The notes under the pieces were generated by a model. It saw only the letters and a program-made list of their open reading frames with translations, was not told the origin of the DNA and made no database searches. Both the position numbers and the translations under genes were made by a program. Below, one piece after another: positions 46,800 through 55,504 of a stretch of DNA of 64,000 bases (positions are counted from its first letter, which is position 1; the number at the start of each line of letters is the position of its first letter). The stretch comes from Bdellovibrionia bacterium (GTDB lineage: Bacteria; Bdellovibrionota; UBA1018): assembly GCA_045805065.1 (NCBI GenBank), contig JBJMMA010000060.1:15462-79461 (forward strand), written 5' to 3'.

Positions 46800-47576
46800 A
46801 TGACGATCGACATTTTGTCTTATAATCGCGAAGCATGGAATCGCAAAGTCACTCAGGGAAACGAATGGACCAAAGCCGTATCCACTGAGGAGGTCGATCA
46901 AGCGCGTCAAGGTAATTGGAAAATCGTTTTGACGCCTTTGAAGCCAGTTCCTCGCGATTGGTTTCCAAATCTGAAAGGCACAAAGGTTCTCGGACTTGCT
47001 TCAGGCGGTGGTCAGCAAGGGCCCATTCTTGCTGCAGCAGGAGCCGAAGTGACGGTATTTGATAATTCACCCGCGCAACTTGCTCAGGATGCACAGGTTG
47101 CCGCGCGCGATGGACTCAGTATTAAAACCGTACAAGGTGATATGAAAGATCTGTCTTCTTTTGAAGACGAGAGCTTTGATCTCATCGTTCATCCTTGTTC
47201 AAACTGCTTTGTTCCGGATGTGAAGCCTGTTTGGAAAGAGGCGTACCGGGTTTTGAAAAACGGCGGGACGCTGATCTCAGGCTTTACCTATCCGATTGTC
47301 TTCACACTTGATCCTGAGCTTGAAGCGAAAGGGATTTTCCAAATTAAGTATAAAATCCCTTACTCGGACCTTGATCTCACCGAAGAAGAGCGCAAGCGCT
47401 ACACCGATAAAGGCGAGCCGCTGGCTTTTGGCCATACTTTGGAAGACCAGATTGGCGGTCAGATTGCGGCAGGATTTTCGATTACTGGCTTTTATGAGGA
47501 CAAATGGAGTCCTGATAAGAGCCCGCTCTCTGCGCTGATGTCTTGCTTTGGCGCCACTCGGGCTCTAAAATCTTGA
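46800..47576 (+). CDS. class I SAM-dependent methyltransferase
   Basis: Motif I reads KVLGLASGGGQQGPILAAAGAEVTVFDNS. An acidic motif II (LIVHPCS) and a GGTLISGF post-II motif are also present. Confidence 0.6.
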   Translation: MTIDILSYNREAWNRKVTQGNEWTKAVSTEEVDQARQGNWKIVLTPLKPVPRDWFPNLKGTKVLGLASGGGQQGPILAAAGAEVTVFDNSPAQLAQDAQVAARDGLSIKTVQGDMKDLSSFEDESFDLIVHPCSNCFVPDVKPVWKEAYRVLKNGGTLISGFTYPIVFTLDPELEAKGIFQIKYKIPYSDLDLTEEERKRYTDKGEPLAFGHTLEDQIGGQIAAGFSITGFYEDKWSPDKSPLSALMSCFGATRALKS

Positions 47577-47647
47577 CTCATAAATAAAAACGCCTCCAAG
47601 CCAAAGGCCAGGAGGCGTTCTAATAAATATCAGCAGTAAAAACCGGA

Positions 47648-48817
47648 TCAGACTTGAGCGAGCGCTTGCTCGAGATCAGCTTTGAGATCCGCAAGATCTT
47701 CAATGCCGACGCTTACGCGCACCAGGTTGTCATGAATGCCAAGCGCTTTGCGGCTTTCTGCCGGAACGCTTGCGTGAGTCATGATCGCTGGATGCTCGAT
47801 GAGCGATTCAACGCCACCTAGGCTTTCAGCCAGGGTGAAAAGCTTCACGTTCTCTAAGAAGGTGCGAGCTTGTGGCAAGCCGCCTTTGATGAAGAAGGTG
47901 ATCATTCCACCAAAGCCCGTCATCTGCTTGCGAGCCAGCTGATGCTGAGGGTGAGACTCGAGGCCTGGGTAGACGACGCTCTCAACTTTAGGATGCTTCT
48001 CCAGATACTTGGCGATTTCCATGGCGTTCTCTGCGTGGCGCTCCATGCGAACATGGAGGGTCTTGAGACCGCGCATGACGAGGAAGCAATCCATCGGAGC
48101 AGGGACTGCGCCGACAGCGTTTTGCAAGAACTTGAGCTGCGTGTAGAGTGCGTCGTTGCTGGTGACCAGAATGCCGCCGACCACATCGCTGTGGCCGTTC
48201 ATGTACTTGGTGATGCTGTGAACGACAACATCAGCGCCCAAGGACAATGGCTTCTGGAAGTAGGAGCTCATGAACGTGTTATCAACAACCGAGATCACAC
48301 CGCGCTTCTTGGCCATCGCTGCAATTGCTGCGATGTCGATGAGCTTGAGCATTGGGTTGGTTGGTGTTTCAACCCAGACCATCTTGGTGTTTGGGCGAAA
48401 CGCGGCTTCTGCCTTGGCGAGATCCGAAAGATCCACAAAGGAGAATTCGATTCCGTAGTTCTTGAACACCTTATCGAAGATGCGGAAAGTGCCGCCGTAG
48501 ACGTCATCCGAGCATACGACATGATCGCCGCTCTTGAGCGTCTGCATGATCGTCGCAGTCGTTGCAAGGCCAGACGAGAAGGCGAGGCCATACTTGCCAC
48601 CTTCAAGAGCTGCCACGCATTGCTGATACGCCGTACGCGTTGGATTGTCCGTACGGGAGTACTCATAGCCACGGTGTTCGCCAGGCGATGCTTGAGCGTA
48701 CGTCGAGGTTTGATAAATCGGGGTCATGACCGCGCCCGTGACCGAGTCCGGTTCCTGACCTGCGTGAATGGCCTTGGTGCCAAAGCCCATCTTTTTCTCT
48801 TCAGTATATTGGCTCAC
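47648..48817 (-). CDS. cystathionine gamma-lyase / gamma-synthase (PLP-dependent Cys/Met metabolism family)
   Basis: AIHAGQ...TPIYQTSTY are present, together with the PLP-lysine region SITKYMNGHSDVVGG. The GTG start overlaps the CBS stop by 4 nt (GTGA), which suggests translational coupling. Confidence 0.8.
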   Translation of the reverse strand: MSQYTEEKKMGFGTKAIHAGQEPDSVTGAVMTPIYQTSTYAQASPGEHRGYEYSRTDNPTRTAYQQCVAALEGGKYGLAFSSGLATTATIMQTLKSGDHVVCSDDVYGGTFRIFDKVFKNYGIEFSFVDLSDLAKAEAAFRPNTKMVWVETPTNPMLKLIDIAAIAAMAKKRGVISVVDNTFMSSYFQKPLSLGADVVVHSITKYMNGHSDVVGGILVTSNDALYTQLKFLQNAVGAVPAPMDCFLVMRGLKTLHVRMERHAENAMEIAKYLEKHPKVESVVYPGLESHPQHQLARKQMTGFGGMITFFIKGGLPQARTFLENVKLFTLAESLGGVESLIEHPAIMTHASVPAESRKALGIHDNLVRVSVGIEDLADLKADLEQALAQV

Positions 48818-50214
48818 GTGCGGTTCCCCATAAAAGTTAACAAGTCGATCTTGGTGATGATTCCCAGGATCTTGCCTTGTTGAGAAGGATCATTGACCAG
48901 CGGGATCTTTCCAGCGGTCACAAGACGAGAGACCTTTTCAACAGGATCGCTTGGCGTGACGAATTCCACGGCAGACATCACAAGGCTTTCGATTGTGTCG
49001 GAGGTCTTGATCTTGCCTTCGTAAAGAGCGGAAAGAAGTCCGCTCTCGGTCACGATTCCCTTGATCCAGCCTGCAGCGTCGGTCACAGGAAGCTGGCTGA
49101 TGCTCTTTTCGCGCATCATTTCGATCACAGCAGAAACTTTCTGAGTTTGCTGGATCATCATGACGTTCTGATCCTTGCTGCTCATGGAGCGGAGGACGTC
49201 AGCCACGGTTCCGATCGAGTTTGCTTCTAAGAAGCCTGCTTCGCGCATCCAATCGTCGTTGTAAACTTTGGACATGTAGCGATTGCCGCTGTCTGGAAGG
49301 ATGACGAGAACCTTCTTGCCCTTGAGCTTATCGCCCTGGCTCTTGATCCAACGGACCGCGCCGCAAACTGCGGAGCCCGAGGAGATGCCGGAGTAGATGC
49401 CTTCTTTGGTGAGAAGCTCACGGGTCATGAGGAAGGATTCTTTATCTTCGACCACAACCATGTCATCCACGACGGAGAAGTCGTAGTTCTTTGGAATGAA
49501 GTCTTCGCCGATTCCTTCGATCTTGTAAGTCTTAGGAAGGGTCTGCATCTTTCCGGTCTTGTAATAGTCGTAAACGATCGAGCCTTTCGGATCGACGGCG
49601 ACCATCTGAACGGATGGCTTCTTCTCCTTGATGAACTTGCCGATGCCGCAGATCGTTCCACCGGTTCCAATGCCTGCGACGATGACGTCGACGTCTGGGA
49701 ACTGGCTCAGGATTTCTGGGCCCGTGGTGTTGTAGTGGGCTTCGCGGTTTGAAAGATTATCGTACTGATTGAGATAGATCGCATTCTCGGTTTCGCGAGC
49801 CAAGCGACGAGACACTTGGTAGTAGCTGCGAGGATCATCTGGCTCGACAGCAGTCGGAGTCACGACGACCTTTGCGCCGAATGCGCGCAGGTTTTGAATC
49901 TTCTCAGAGGACATTTTGTCTGGAAGAACGAAAATGCACTTGTAGCCTTTGATCGCGGAAGCGATTGCGAGGCCCACGCCGGTGTTGCCGCTCGTGCCTT
50001 CAACGATCGTCCCACCTGGCTTGATGATGCCTTTTTTCTCAGCGTCTTGAATCATCCACCAGCCGATACGATCCTTGATCGAGCCGCCTGGATTACAGAA
50101 CTCGAGCTTGGCGTAGACTTCGGCTTGGACGCCTTCGGTGACACGATTGAGACGAACGATCGGCGTATTGCCAATCGCTTGCAGAACATTTTCATAGACT
50201 TGTGAATGAGGCAT
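48814..50214 (-). CDS. cystathionine beta-synthase (PLP domain plus tandem CBS pair)
   Basis: The CysK-like core reads NPGGSIKDRIG...GTSGNTGVGLA...GIGTGGTICG. It is followed by two CBS domains. Together with the downstream lyase it gives a reverse transsulfuration pair. Confidence 0.85.
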   Translation of the reverse strand: MPHSQVYENVLQAIGNTPIVRLNRVTEGVQAEVYAKLEFCNPGGSIKDRIGWWMIQDAEKKGIIKPGGTIVEGTSGNTGVGLAIASAIKGYKCIFVLPDKMSSEKIQNLRAFGAKVVVTPTAVEPDDPRSYYQVSRRLARETENAIYLNQYDNLSNREAHYNTTGPEILSQFPDVDVIVAGIGTGGTICGIGKFIKEKKPSVQMVAVDPKGSIVYDYYKTGKMQTLPKTYKIEGIGEDFIPKNYDFSVVDDMVVVEDKESFLMTRELLTKEGIYSGISSGSAVCGAVRWIKSQGDKLKGKKVLVILPDSGNRYMSKVYNDDWMREAGFLEANSIGTVADVLRSMSSKDQNVMMIQQTQKVSAVIEMMREKSISQLPVTDAAGWIKGIVTESGLLSALYEGKIKTSDTIESLVMSAVEFVTPSDPVEKVSRLVTAGKIPLVNDPSQQGKILGIITKIDLLTFMGNRT

Positions 50215-50310
50215 AGGGGGGATTTATCGCACAATACGCCGCGCGGCGCAACGGAACCAAAAGGTGGTCGCCTACTTTTGGTAGCGATAGTGCGTCAAGG
50301 TTCTTTATCC

Positions 50311-50440
50311 GAGTAAAACAAAGCGAATAGGGCTCTTTAGCTAAAATCCCTCGTTGCGACTTCCTGTCGCATGCCCATTCGGCATCCTGCCTGGGCACGA
50401 CTCGGTTTTTACCTAAAGAGCCCTATTCGCTTTGTTTAAC
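50311..50440 (+). repeat. copy C of the hairpin element family
   Basis: The arms GAGTAAAACAAAGCGAATAGGGCTCTTTAGCTAAAA and TTTTACCTAAAGAGCCCTATTCGCTTTGTTTAAC pair with one mismatch. The core is TCCCTCGTTGCGACTTCCTGTCGCATGCCCATTCGGCATCCTGCCTGGGCACGACTCGG. Relative to copy A it has a compensatory U-A to G-C change (TTCCCA/TGGGAA becomes TGCCCA/TGGGCA). Confidence 0.75.
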
Positions 50441-50454
50441 CAGGTTCGTTAATT

Positions 50455-50496
50455 GTGACGCGTATGCGCTACAAAAAGGAGGCGACCACCTTTTGG
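50455..50496 (+). other. conserved 42-nt box (copy 2 of 3): GTGACGCGTATGCGCTACAAAAAGGAGGCGACCACCTTTTGG
   Basis: It has a one-nucleotide difference from the 27236 copy. Confidence 0.55.
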
Positions 50497-50501
50497 AAAC
50501 G

Positions 50502-50537
50502 AAATGCCCCGCACTTTTGGGGTGCGAGGCATTTTAG
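50502..50537. terminator. GC-rich hairpin terminator (ATGCCCCGCAC-TTTTGGG-GTGCGAGGCAT) downstream of the 50560(-) gene
   Basis: Ten of eleven stem pairs form. There are T-runs on both sides, which is consistent with bidirectional termination. Confidence 0.5.
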
Positions 50538-50559
50538 ACTTGTTTCGGGCAGCCTGCAG

Positions 50560-51411
50560 TTATTTGCAGGTGATGGATTCGAATCGGGAGAGTTTGGAGT
50601 AGTCGACTTCAGTGACTACGATTACGGTGCCCCCGAGGCTTGCGCTATCTTTCGCTTTGAGGCCCTTTAAGTGTCCATTTTCATCAACAGAGGCATAATC
50701 ACTGCCGCTGACTTCGCTCTGTGAGTAGGAGGTCGCATTCTGATATTGAAGGAACTTGCAGATTCCTTGTGCGACTGGCTCCGATCTCTCATTTTCTACG
50801 TGGATGGTATCCACTGGAATCCCTAAGAACAGGGCTTTTGCGTATTTGTTTTCGGTTCCGAAATAGAATTTCTTGCCGTTCACCATGGCAAAAGGACGAA
50901 TGAATGTGACGGAACCGTCGTTGTTTTCCATGACCTGATCCGCGCTCATGCGATTGTTGATCGCTTGGGAGTTCGTACGAGCGATTTTAACCAAGTCTTC
51001 GGAAATGTAGTACTCGCCGTCATTTTCGTAACCCGCGAGGACGGACATTTCGTGAGCAGTGAGGCCGAGCTTTTGGTTCAGGTCCAGCTTTTCCCACTCG
51101 TTGACGAGAAGGTCCGTTTGTCCAGTGGCAGGGTTGGAGCGAGCTTGGCGATCCAGTTGCACTACGGGTAAGCATCTTAAGTTTCTTTTCACTTGAATCA
51201 GATCGTCCAGGCGAACCAGCGGATTGATTGCGTTGATTTTGTCCTGGCCGGCAAGCGCGAGAGTTTTTACGATCTCGCCCATGAGGTTGGCGTATTCGAG
51301 GCAGCGAGCATCGCCACCGCCGCCTGAGCGGGGGCCGGCGTGGGCAGGGCTCACAAGAAGACTTGTGAGAAGAGTGAAGGCAAAGATCGAAGACGAAAGT
51401 TTGCGGGACAT
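50560..51411 (-). CDS. secreted GGGGD-C family protein (paralog 2 of 3, divergent from the TIGR02147-like regulator at 51586)
   Basis: Signal peptide MSRKLSSSIFAFTLLTSLLVSPAHA, then GPRSGGGGDARCLEYANLMGEIVK, with similarity to the 26112 and 52780 products in the central region. Confidence 0.6.
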   Translation of the reverse strand: MSRKLSSSIFAFTLLTSLLVSPAHAGPRSGGGGDARCLEYANLMGEIVKTLALAGQDKINAINPLVRLDDLIQVKRNLRCLPVVQLDRQARSNPATGQTDLLVNEWEKLDLNQKLGLTAHEMSVLAGYENDGEYYISEDLVKIARTNSQAINNRMSADQVMENNDGSVTFIRPFAMVNGKKFYFGTENKYAKALFLGIPVDTIHVENERSEPVAQGICKFLQYQNATSYSQSEVSGSDYASVDENGHLKGLKAKDSASLGGTVIVVTEVDYSKLSRFESITCK

Positions 51412-51585
51412 GGGTACTCCTAATTAACTCAAATAGCCGACCGTTTTTATCATGTTTTATGGGCGTGTTCCAGCGGCTTTTGGAACTGGCCCTCACTGGG
51501 GTCGAGCGGGAAAATAGGGCAAAATGAGCTGACGCGATAGGTCAATATTGTCAATAAATAACGAAAGTCGTGCTATATTGGCACA

Positions 51586-52380
51586 ATGAAGCCCTTTGAG
51601 TTTAATGACTACAGACTCTACCTCGATGCTCGAATCAAAGCGGAGTGGGGCGCGATCACTCGTGTAGCCAAGGCGGCAAATTGCCAGCGATCGTATTTGT
51701 CGAGAGCGCTTAAGGGAGAGGTTCTTCTCACTCCCGATCATCTGCATGGCATCTGTGAGTTTTGGCGTCTCTCAGAAGAGGAGACCGAATATCTCATGCT
51801 GCTTCTTGAAAAAGCGCGCGCCTCCACGCGCTCTTATCGTGAGCGAGTGGAGAGAAAGCTTTCGCTGCTTCTGCGTGAGCAGGAAGATCTCGCAAAGCGA
51901 TTGCATACGCCAAGAATTCCCACGACGGATCGGGAGCTTCTTTACTATTCAGCGTGGCATTGGATCATGATTCACATGAGTACGTCGGTTCCTTCGCTTC
52001 AGACTGAAAAAGCGATGTCTCAGCATCTGAATCTTTCGCCTGAGCTCGTTCGATTCGCGCTGACTCAGCTTGCGGAATGGGGGCTTGTCAAACGGGAAGG
52101 TGATCGATGGAAATTTGCCTCAGGCAATATTCATCTTCCAAAAAACTCGCCCCTCATTGGCCAGCACCACGCGCATTTCAGACAGAAGGCGGTTGAGGAT
52201 TCACTTCTGCCTTATGGAGATGGGCTACATTACTCACAGCTTCAAGCGATGGAAGAGGAGACTTTCCGCGAGATCAAAGCGCTCTTTTTGCGATCCATTG
52301 ATGATTCTTTGAAGCTTGCGGATCCAGCGAAAGAAGATAGGCTTGTTGCCGTGAGTCTGGATGTTTTTCGGGTTTATTGA
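51586..52380 (+). CDS. TIGR02147-like putative HTH regulator (paralog 2 of 3)
   Basis: MKPFEFNDYRLYLDARIKAEWGAITRVAKAANCQRSYLSRALKGEVLLTPDHLHGICEFWRLSEEETEYLMLL parallels the other two paralogs. A -10-like TATATT lies 8 nt upstream of the ATG with no SD (possibly leaderless). A GTCAATA direct repeat lies upstream. Confidence 0.65.
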   Translation: MKPFEFNDYRLYLDARIKAEWGAITRVAKAANCQRSYLSRALKGEVLLTPDHLHGICEFWRLSEEETEYLMLLLEKARASTRSYRERVERKLSLLLREQEDLAKRLHTPRIPTTDRELLYYSAWHWIMIHMSTSVPSLQTEKAMSQHLNLSPELVRFALTQLAEWGLVKREGDRWKFASGNIHLPKNSPLIGQHHAHFRQKAVEDSLLPYGDGLHYSQLQAMEEETFREIKALFLRSIDDSLKLADPAKEDRLVAVSLDVFRVY

Positions 52381-52433
52381 AAACGATAGTCGCCGGAAAC
52401 TTCACAGGAGCTCCCGGCGACTGCTTTTCATTC

Positions 52434-52736
52434 TCAATCAATGCAGGCAAAGCAGACTGCGTATCGTGCTGAAGCTCTGCCAAGATAAGCTTCAAGCGAA
52501 ACTTGGTAACAGCTGTATCCAGCTTCTTGAGCGGCTTTGCGGCAGCCCATCGCGGAGTTCGGACCGTTAGGAAGCAAGTCGCAGTTTCCGTTTGGGTACA
52601 AGTCCTGGATCAGATCGCCAATGAAATTTCGATGTTCCACAAGATGCGTGCTGCGGTTGCAGGATGTGATGACGTCATCTGCGTGTGCGAGGGTTGAGGC
52701 CAGGGTCAAACTAAGAATCATAACTAAGTTTTTCAT
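52434..52736 (-). CDS. small secreted cysteine-rich protein (100 aa, 7 Cys after signal-peptide cleavage)
   Basis: The internal ATG at 52736 gives MKNLVMILSLTLASTLAHA, a signal peptide, followed by a Cys-rich mature part. It is co-transcribed downstream of the 52780..53730 gene. Confidence 0.5.
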   Translation of the reverse strand: MKNLVMILSLTLASTLAHADDVITSCNRSTHLVEHRNFIGDLIQDLYPNGNCDLLPNGPNSAMGCRKAAQEAGYSCYQVSLEAYLGRASARYAVCFACID

Positions 52737-52779
52737 ATCTATTCCTGATTTAAGCTTTGAAAGGTTTTGCAGCGTGAAT

Positions 52780-53730
52780 TTAGTCATTCGCGTAAGCAAT
52801 GCAGCGAACTGAGTTCCGGTCTTCATAAGAAGTCTGGTATATTTTTCCGCTATCACCGCTGAGAACAAGTAAATGCATCCAGGCGCCTGTGTAAGGAGAG
52901 TTGCTCCAAACGTATTCGTTTTCCATATGTGGAAGGACTTCATGGAGGCCGTGGCCTTCGGCGTGTTTAAGATTCTCAGCCGATGGCATGATGCTGCCAA
53001 CCTTGCGGCAAATATCTTCTGCATAAACATAGGAGTCGACTCCCAGTTTATCGCTCCAGATGATCCCGTTTGGATCCTTCCATGCTTCGCCAAAACCCTC
53101 GTAATCGACGCGCTCAAAAATTCCTTGAGCTGAGGTGATGCACTTTGTTCCAACGCGAATCGGTTTTGTGTGATCGAGCTCAGAGCAATCTACAGGCGCT
53201 TGCGGGCGGGGGGCGATCGCGAGTTTCTTCACAAGCTCATCGACAAGAAACGCGGAGAGCTGGTTAGAGACGCTGTAGTCAGAATTCTCTCCCACGTTGA
53301 TCTCAATGCCTGTCAGTCCTGCGTATTCGTGATGAACGAGGACGTACTGTGAGGATTCGTCCGTATCGAGAAATCTTTTTGCGTTACAGGTGATTCTGGA
53401 TGCGCCGCCTGCGACGAAGTTCTTGCAGGTTTTTTCCGCGCCTTCGACCATCACGGGTTGGTCGGTGCAGCTGATTTTGGCTTCTGCGATCGCCTTCAGC
53501 ATCAGCTCATTGTAGCGTTGCGTTCGTGTCCCGGAAGATAGCTCAAGCCCGGACGAGCCGTTCTTATTAATCCAGGATGCGATATCGTCTCGCACCGTTT
53601 TAAAGCGATTTTCACAGATATCTCCTCCGCCACCTGATCCTGCACCGGCAGAGGCGTTGGCCGAGTGGAAAGTGAGCAGAGATACGGCCAGAGTGGCCAA
53701 CAGTGATGAGAATGGCGAGCGTAACACCAT
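52780..53730 (-). CDS. secreted GGGGD-I-C family protein (paralog 3 of 3)
   Basis: Signal peptide, then GAGSGGGGDICENRFKTVRDDIASWINKNGS and QYVLVHHEYAGLTGIE, a close paralog of the 26112..27086 product. Confidence 0.65.
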   Translation of the reverse strand: MVLRSPFSSLLATLAVSLLTFHSANASAGAGSGGGGDICENRFKTVRDDIASWINKNGSSGLELSSGTRTQRYNELMLKAIAEAKISCTDQPVMVEGAEKTCKNFVAGGASRITCNAKRFLDTDESSQYVLVHHEYAGLTGIEINVGENSDYSVSNQLSAFLVDELVKKLAIAPRPQAPVDCSELDHTKPIRVGTKCITSAQGIFERVDYEGFGEAWKDPNGIIWSDKLGVDSYVYAEDICRKVGSIMPSAENLKHAEGHGLHEVLPHMENEYVWSNSPYTGAWMHLLVLSGDSGKIYQTSYEDRNSVRCIAYAND

Positions 53731-53982
53731 AGGGACTCCTATTTATTTTCGCCGCAGCGGTAGGGTTGTATTATTGTTGACTATTGAAGTCAACAAATGG
53801 GTTCTGGTTTAATTTAGCCGTAGTTTTAAAGAGTTAACCTCGCCGTCACCCTCCCTTAGCTTGCTGCGGCTATTTGAGGGTGACGACTTGAGCGGTGTTT
53901 TAACGCGGTGCATGCGTTTGAGATAGATATGTTTTATAAAAATACATTCGAAAAACTGACTATTTACTCAATAATTGAGGAA

Positions 53983-54804
53983 ATGCTCTTTGAATATCGC
54001 GACTATAAAAAATATCTCAATGCGGCTCTCTCAACGGGAGGGGCTTCGCGTGGAAGTCGCACTCGCCTGGCCGAGGCGCTTCGATGTCAGACCGCATTTA
54101 TCTCGCATGTGCTGAATGGCAACTCGCATTTCAGTCTTGAGCATGCGGTGGTGATCTCGCGCTTTCTCAATCACACGCCGGATGAATCGAAGTATTTCAT
54201 TCTCCTCGTTAGCCTGGGGCGTGCCGGATCCAAAGAGCTTGAGGATCATTTCAAGGCGCAGATCGATGAGATGCAGAAAAAGCGTGCGCAGATCAAAGAG
54301 CGCATTACTGTCGATCGCGCGCTGACGGCAGAAGCCCAGATTCGATACTACAGTGCCTGGTATTACTCGGCGATTCACGTGGCGACGTCAATCTCTGCGC
54401 TGCAGACGCGAGATGCGCTTGCCTCAGCGTTGAATCTTTCGCCAGCTCTGGTGAATGAATGCCTGGAGTTTCTGGCTGAACACGGCCTCGTGGTCGCGAA
54501 GAAAGACAGATATGTGATTGGTCCGGTGCGGATGCATCTCGGCGCAGATTCGCCGATGATCTCAAGGCTTCACGCCAACTGGCGCCTGCAAGCCATGCAG
54601 TCGATGGAACGCCCGGTGGCTAGAAATACAAGTGATCTGCATTACTCCACTGTCCTTACGATTTCGCACGAAGATGCAAAGCGGGTGAGAGAAGCGTTGC
54701 TTCGTGCAGTCGATGAAACCGAAAAGATCTTCCGGCCATCACCCGAAGAAGTCGTCTACTGCGTCGGAATGGACTGGTTTCGTGTCTCGCGAGATGGAAG
54801 CTGA
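53983..54804 (+). CDS. TIGR02147-like putative HTH regulator (paralog 3 of 3)
   Basis: The start is chosen at MLFEYRDYKKYL by paralog alignment, with GAGGAA just upstream. The track ORF opens at 53908. Confidence 0.6.
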   Translation: MLFEYRDYKKYLNAALSTGGASRGSRTRLAEALRCQTAFISHVLNGNSHFSLEHAVVISRFLNHTPDESKYFILLVSLGRAGSKELEDHFKAQIDEMQKKRAQIKERITVDRALTAEAQIRYYSAWYYSAIHVATSISALQTRDALASALNLSPALVNECLEFLAEHGLVVAKKDRYVIGPVRMHLGADSPMISRLHANWRLQAMQSMERPVARNTSDLHYSTVLTISHEDAKRVREALLRAVDETEKIFRPSPEEVVYCVGMDWFRVSRDGS

Positions 54805-54805
54805 A

Positions 54806-54868
54806 CCGAACAAATCATAAATAAGAACCTCAGTTAAAAACCGAGGTTCTTATTTATGATTTGTTCGG
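54806..54868. terminator. perfect 26-bp inverted repeat hairpin (bidirectional terminator between convergent genes)
   Basis: CCGAACAAATCATAAATAAGAACCTC, loop AGTTAAAAACC, GAGGTTCTTATTTATGATTTGTTCGG. The stop codons of both flanking genes lie within 6 nt of the stem. Confidence 0.65.
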
Positions 54869-54874
54869 CTCTGG

Positions 54875-55402
54875 TTATTTGCAGGGGCTGACGACAAAAC
54901 CGCCGATGAAGGAGCCGAGTACTTTGCCGTTCTTATCATTTGCTTCGATGATTGCGCTCATTCCGTAAACGGTTGCGGCGCCGACTTGGTAGACGCGAAC
55001 GGAGCGCACTGCCTTGAGGTCGATGCCTGCGCTGAAAAATCCGTTCATGGCTGGGTCGTTCACAAGACTGTAAGCATGGACGAGCAGTCTTTCGCCGAGA
55101 TTAAGCTGAGCGAGATACTCATCCGAAGGATCGTTGAGGTCTTGGTCAATAGGGTGAGTGATCAGGTGGAAGGACATTTCAGCGGTGTCTTCGTAGCTCG
55201 ATGTTTTTCCATTCACGGTCTGAGTGACTTGAGCGCGAAGGCCGCCATGGTCCTTGTATACGGTCATCGTCGTTGGAACGATCTCACCGGATCCATCCAT
55301 TTTCTTCAGATCTGAAGAGCACGTCTTCACGGGAAGTGCAGTCGCTCCCAAAGCTTGAACAGACAAAAGGACGCTCAGCGTAGAAATGAGAAAAGTCTTC
55401 AT
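54875..55402 (-). CDS. small secreted protein, member of a 4-paralog family (N-terminal KTC, C-terminal PCK)
   Basis: Signal peptide MKTFLISTLSVLLSVQALGA. It is 55-60% identical by eye to the 58052..58573 product. Confidence 0.6.
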   Translation of the reverse strand: MKTFLISTLSVLLSVQALGATALPVKTCSSDLKKMDGSGEIVPTTMTVYKDHGGLRAQVTQTVNGKTSSYEDTAEMSFHLITHPIDQDLNDPSDEYLAQLNLGERLLVHAYSLVNDPAMNGFFSAGIDLKAVRSVRVYQVGAATVYGMSAIIEANDKNGKVLGSFIGGFVVSPCK

Positions 55403-55504
55403 AGAACCTGCTTTCGTTGCGCGTTCTATCGACAGCCCCCGGGCCTGTCAAATTAATTGAAAGGGGAGACTCGGTCTGGAATGTCCTGTGACCTGTAAGG
55501 AGCG

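Noticed and set aside
50380-50405. Sigma-54 promoter-like TGGGCACGACTCGGTTT inside the element core
   Set aside because: It has GG and part of the -24 element, but no TTGC -12 element at the right spacing, and the same bases are explained by the conserved hairpin.
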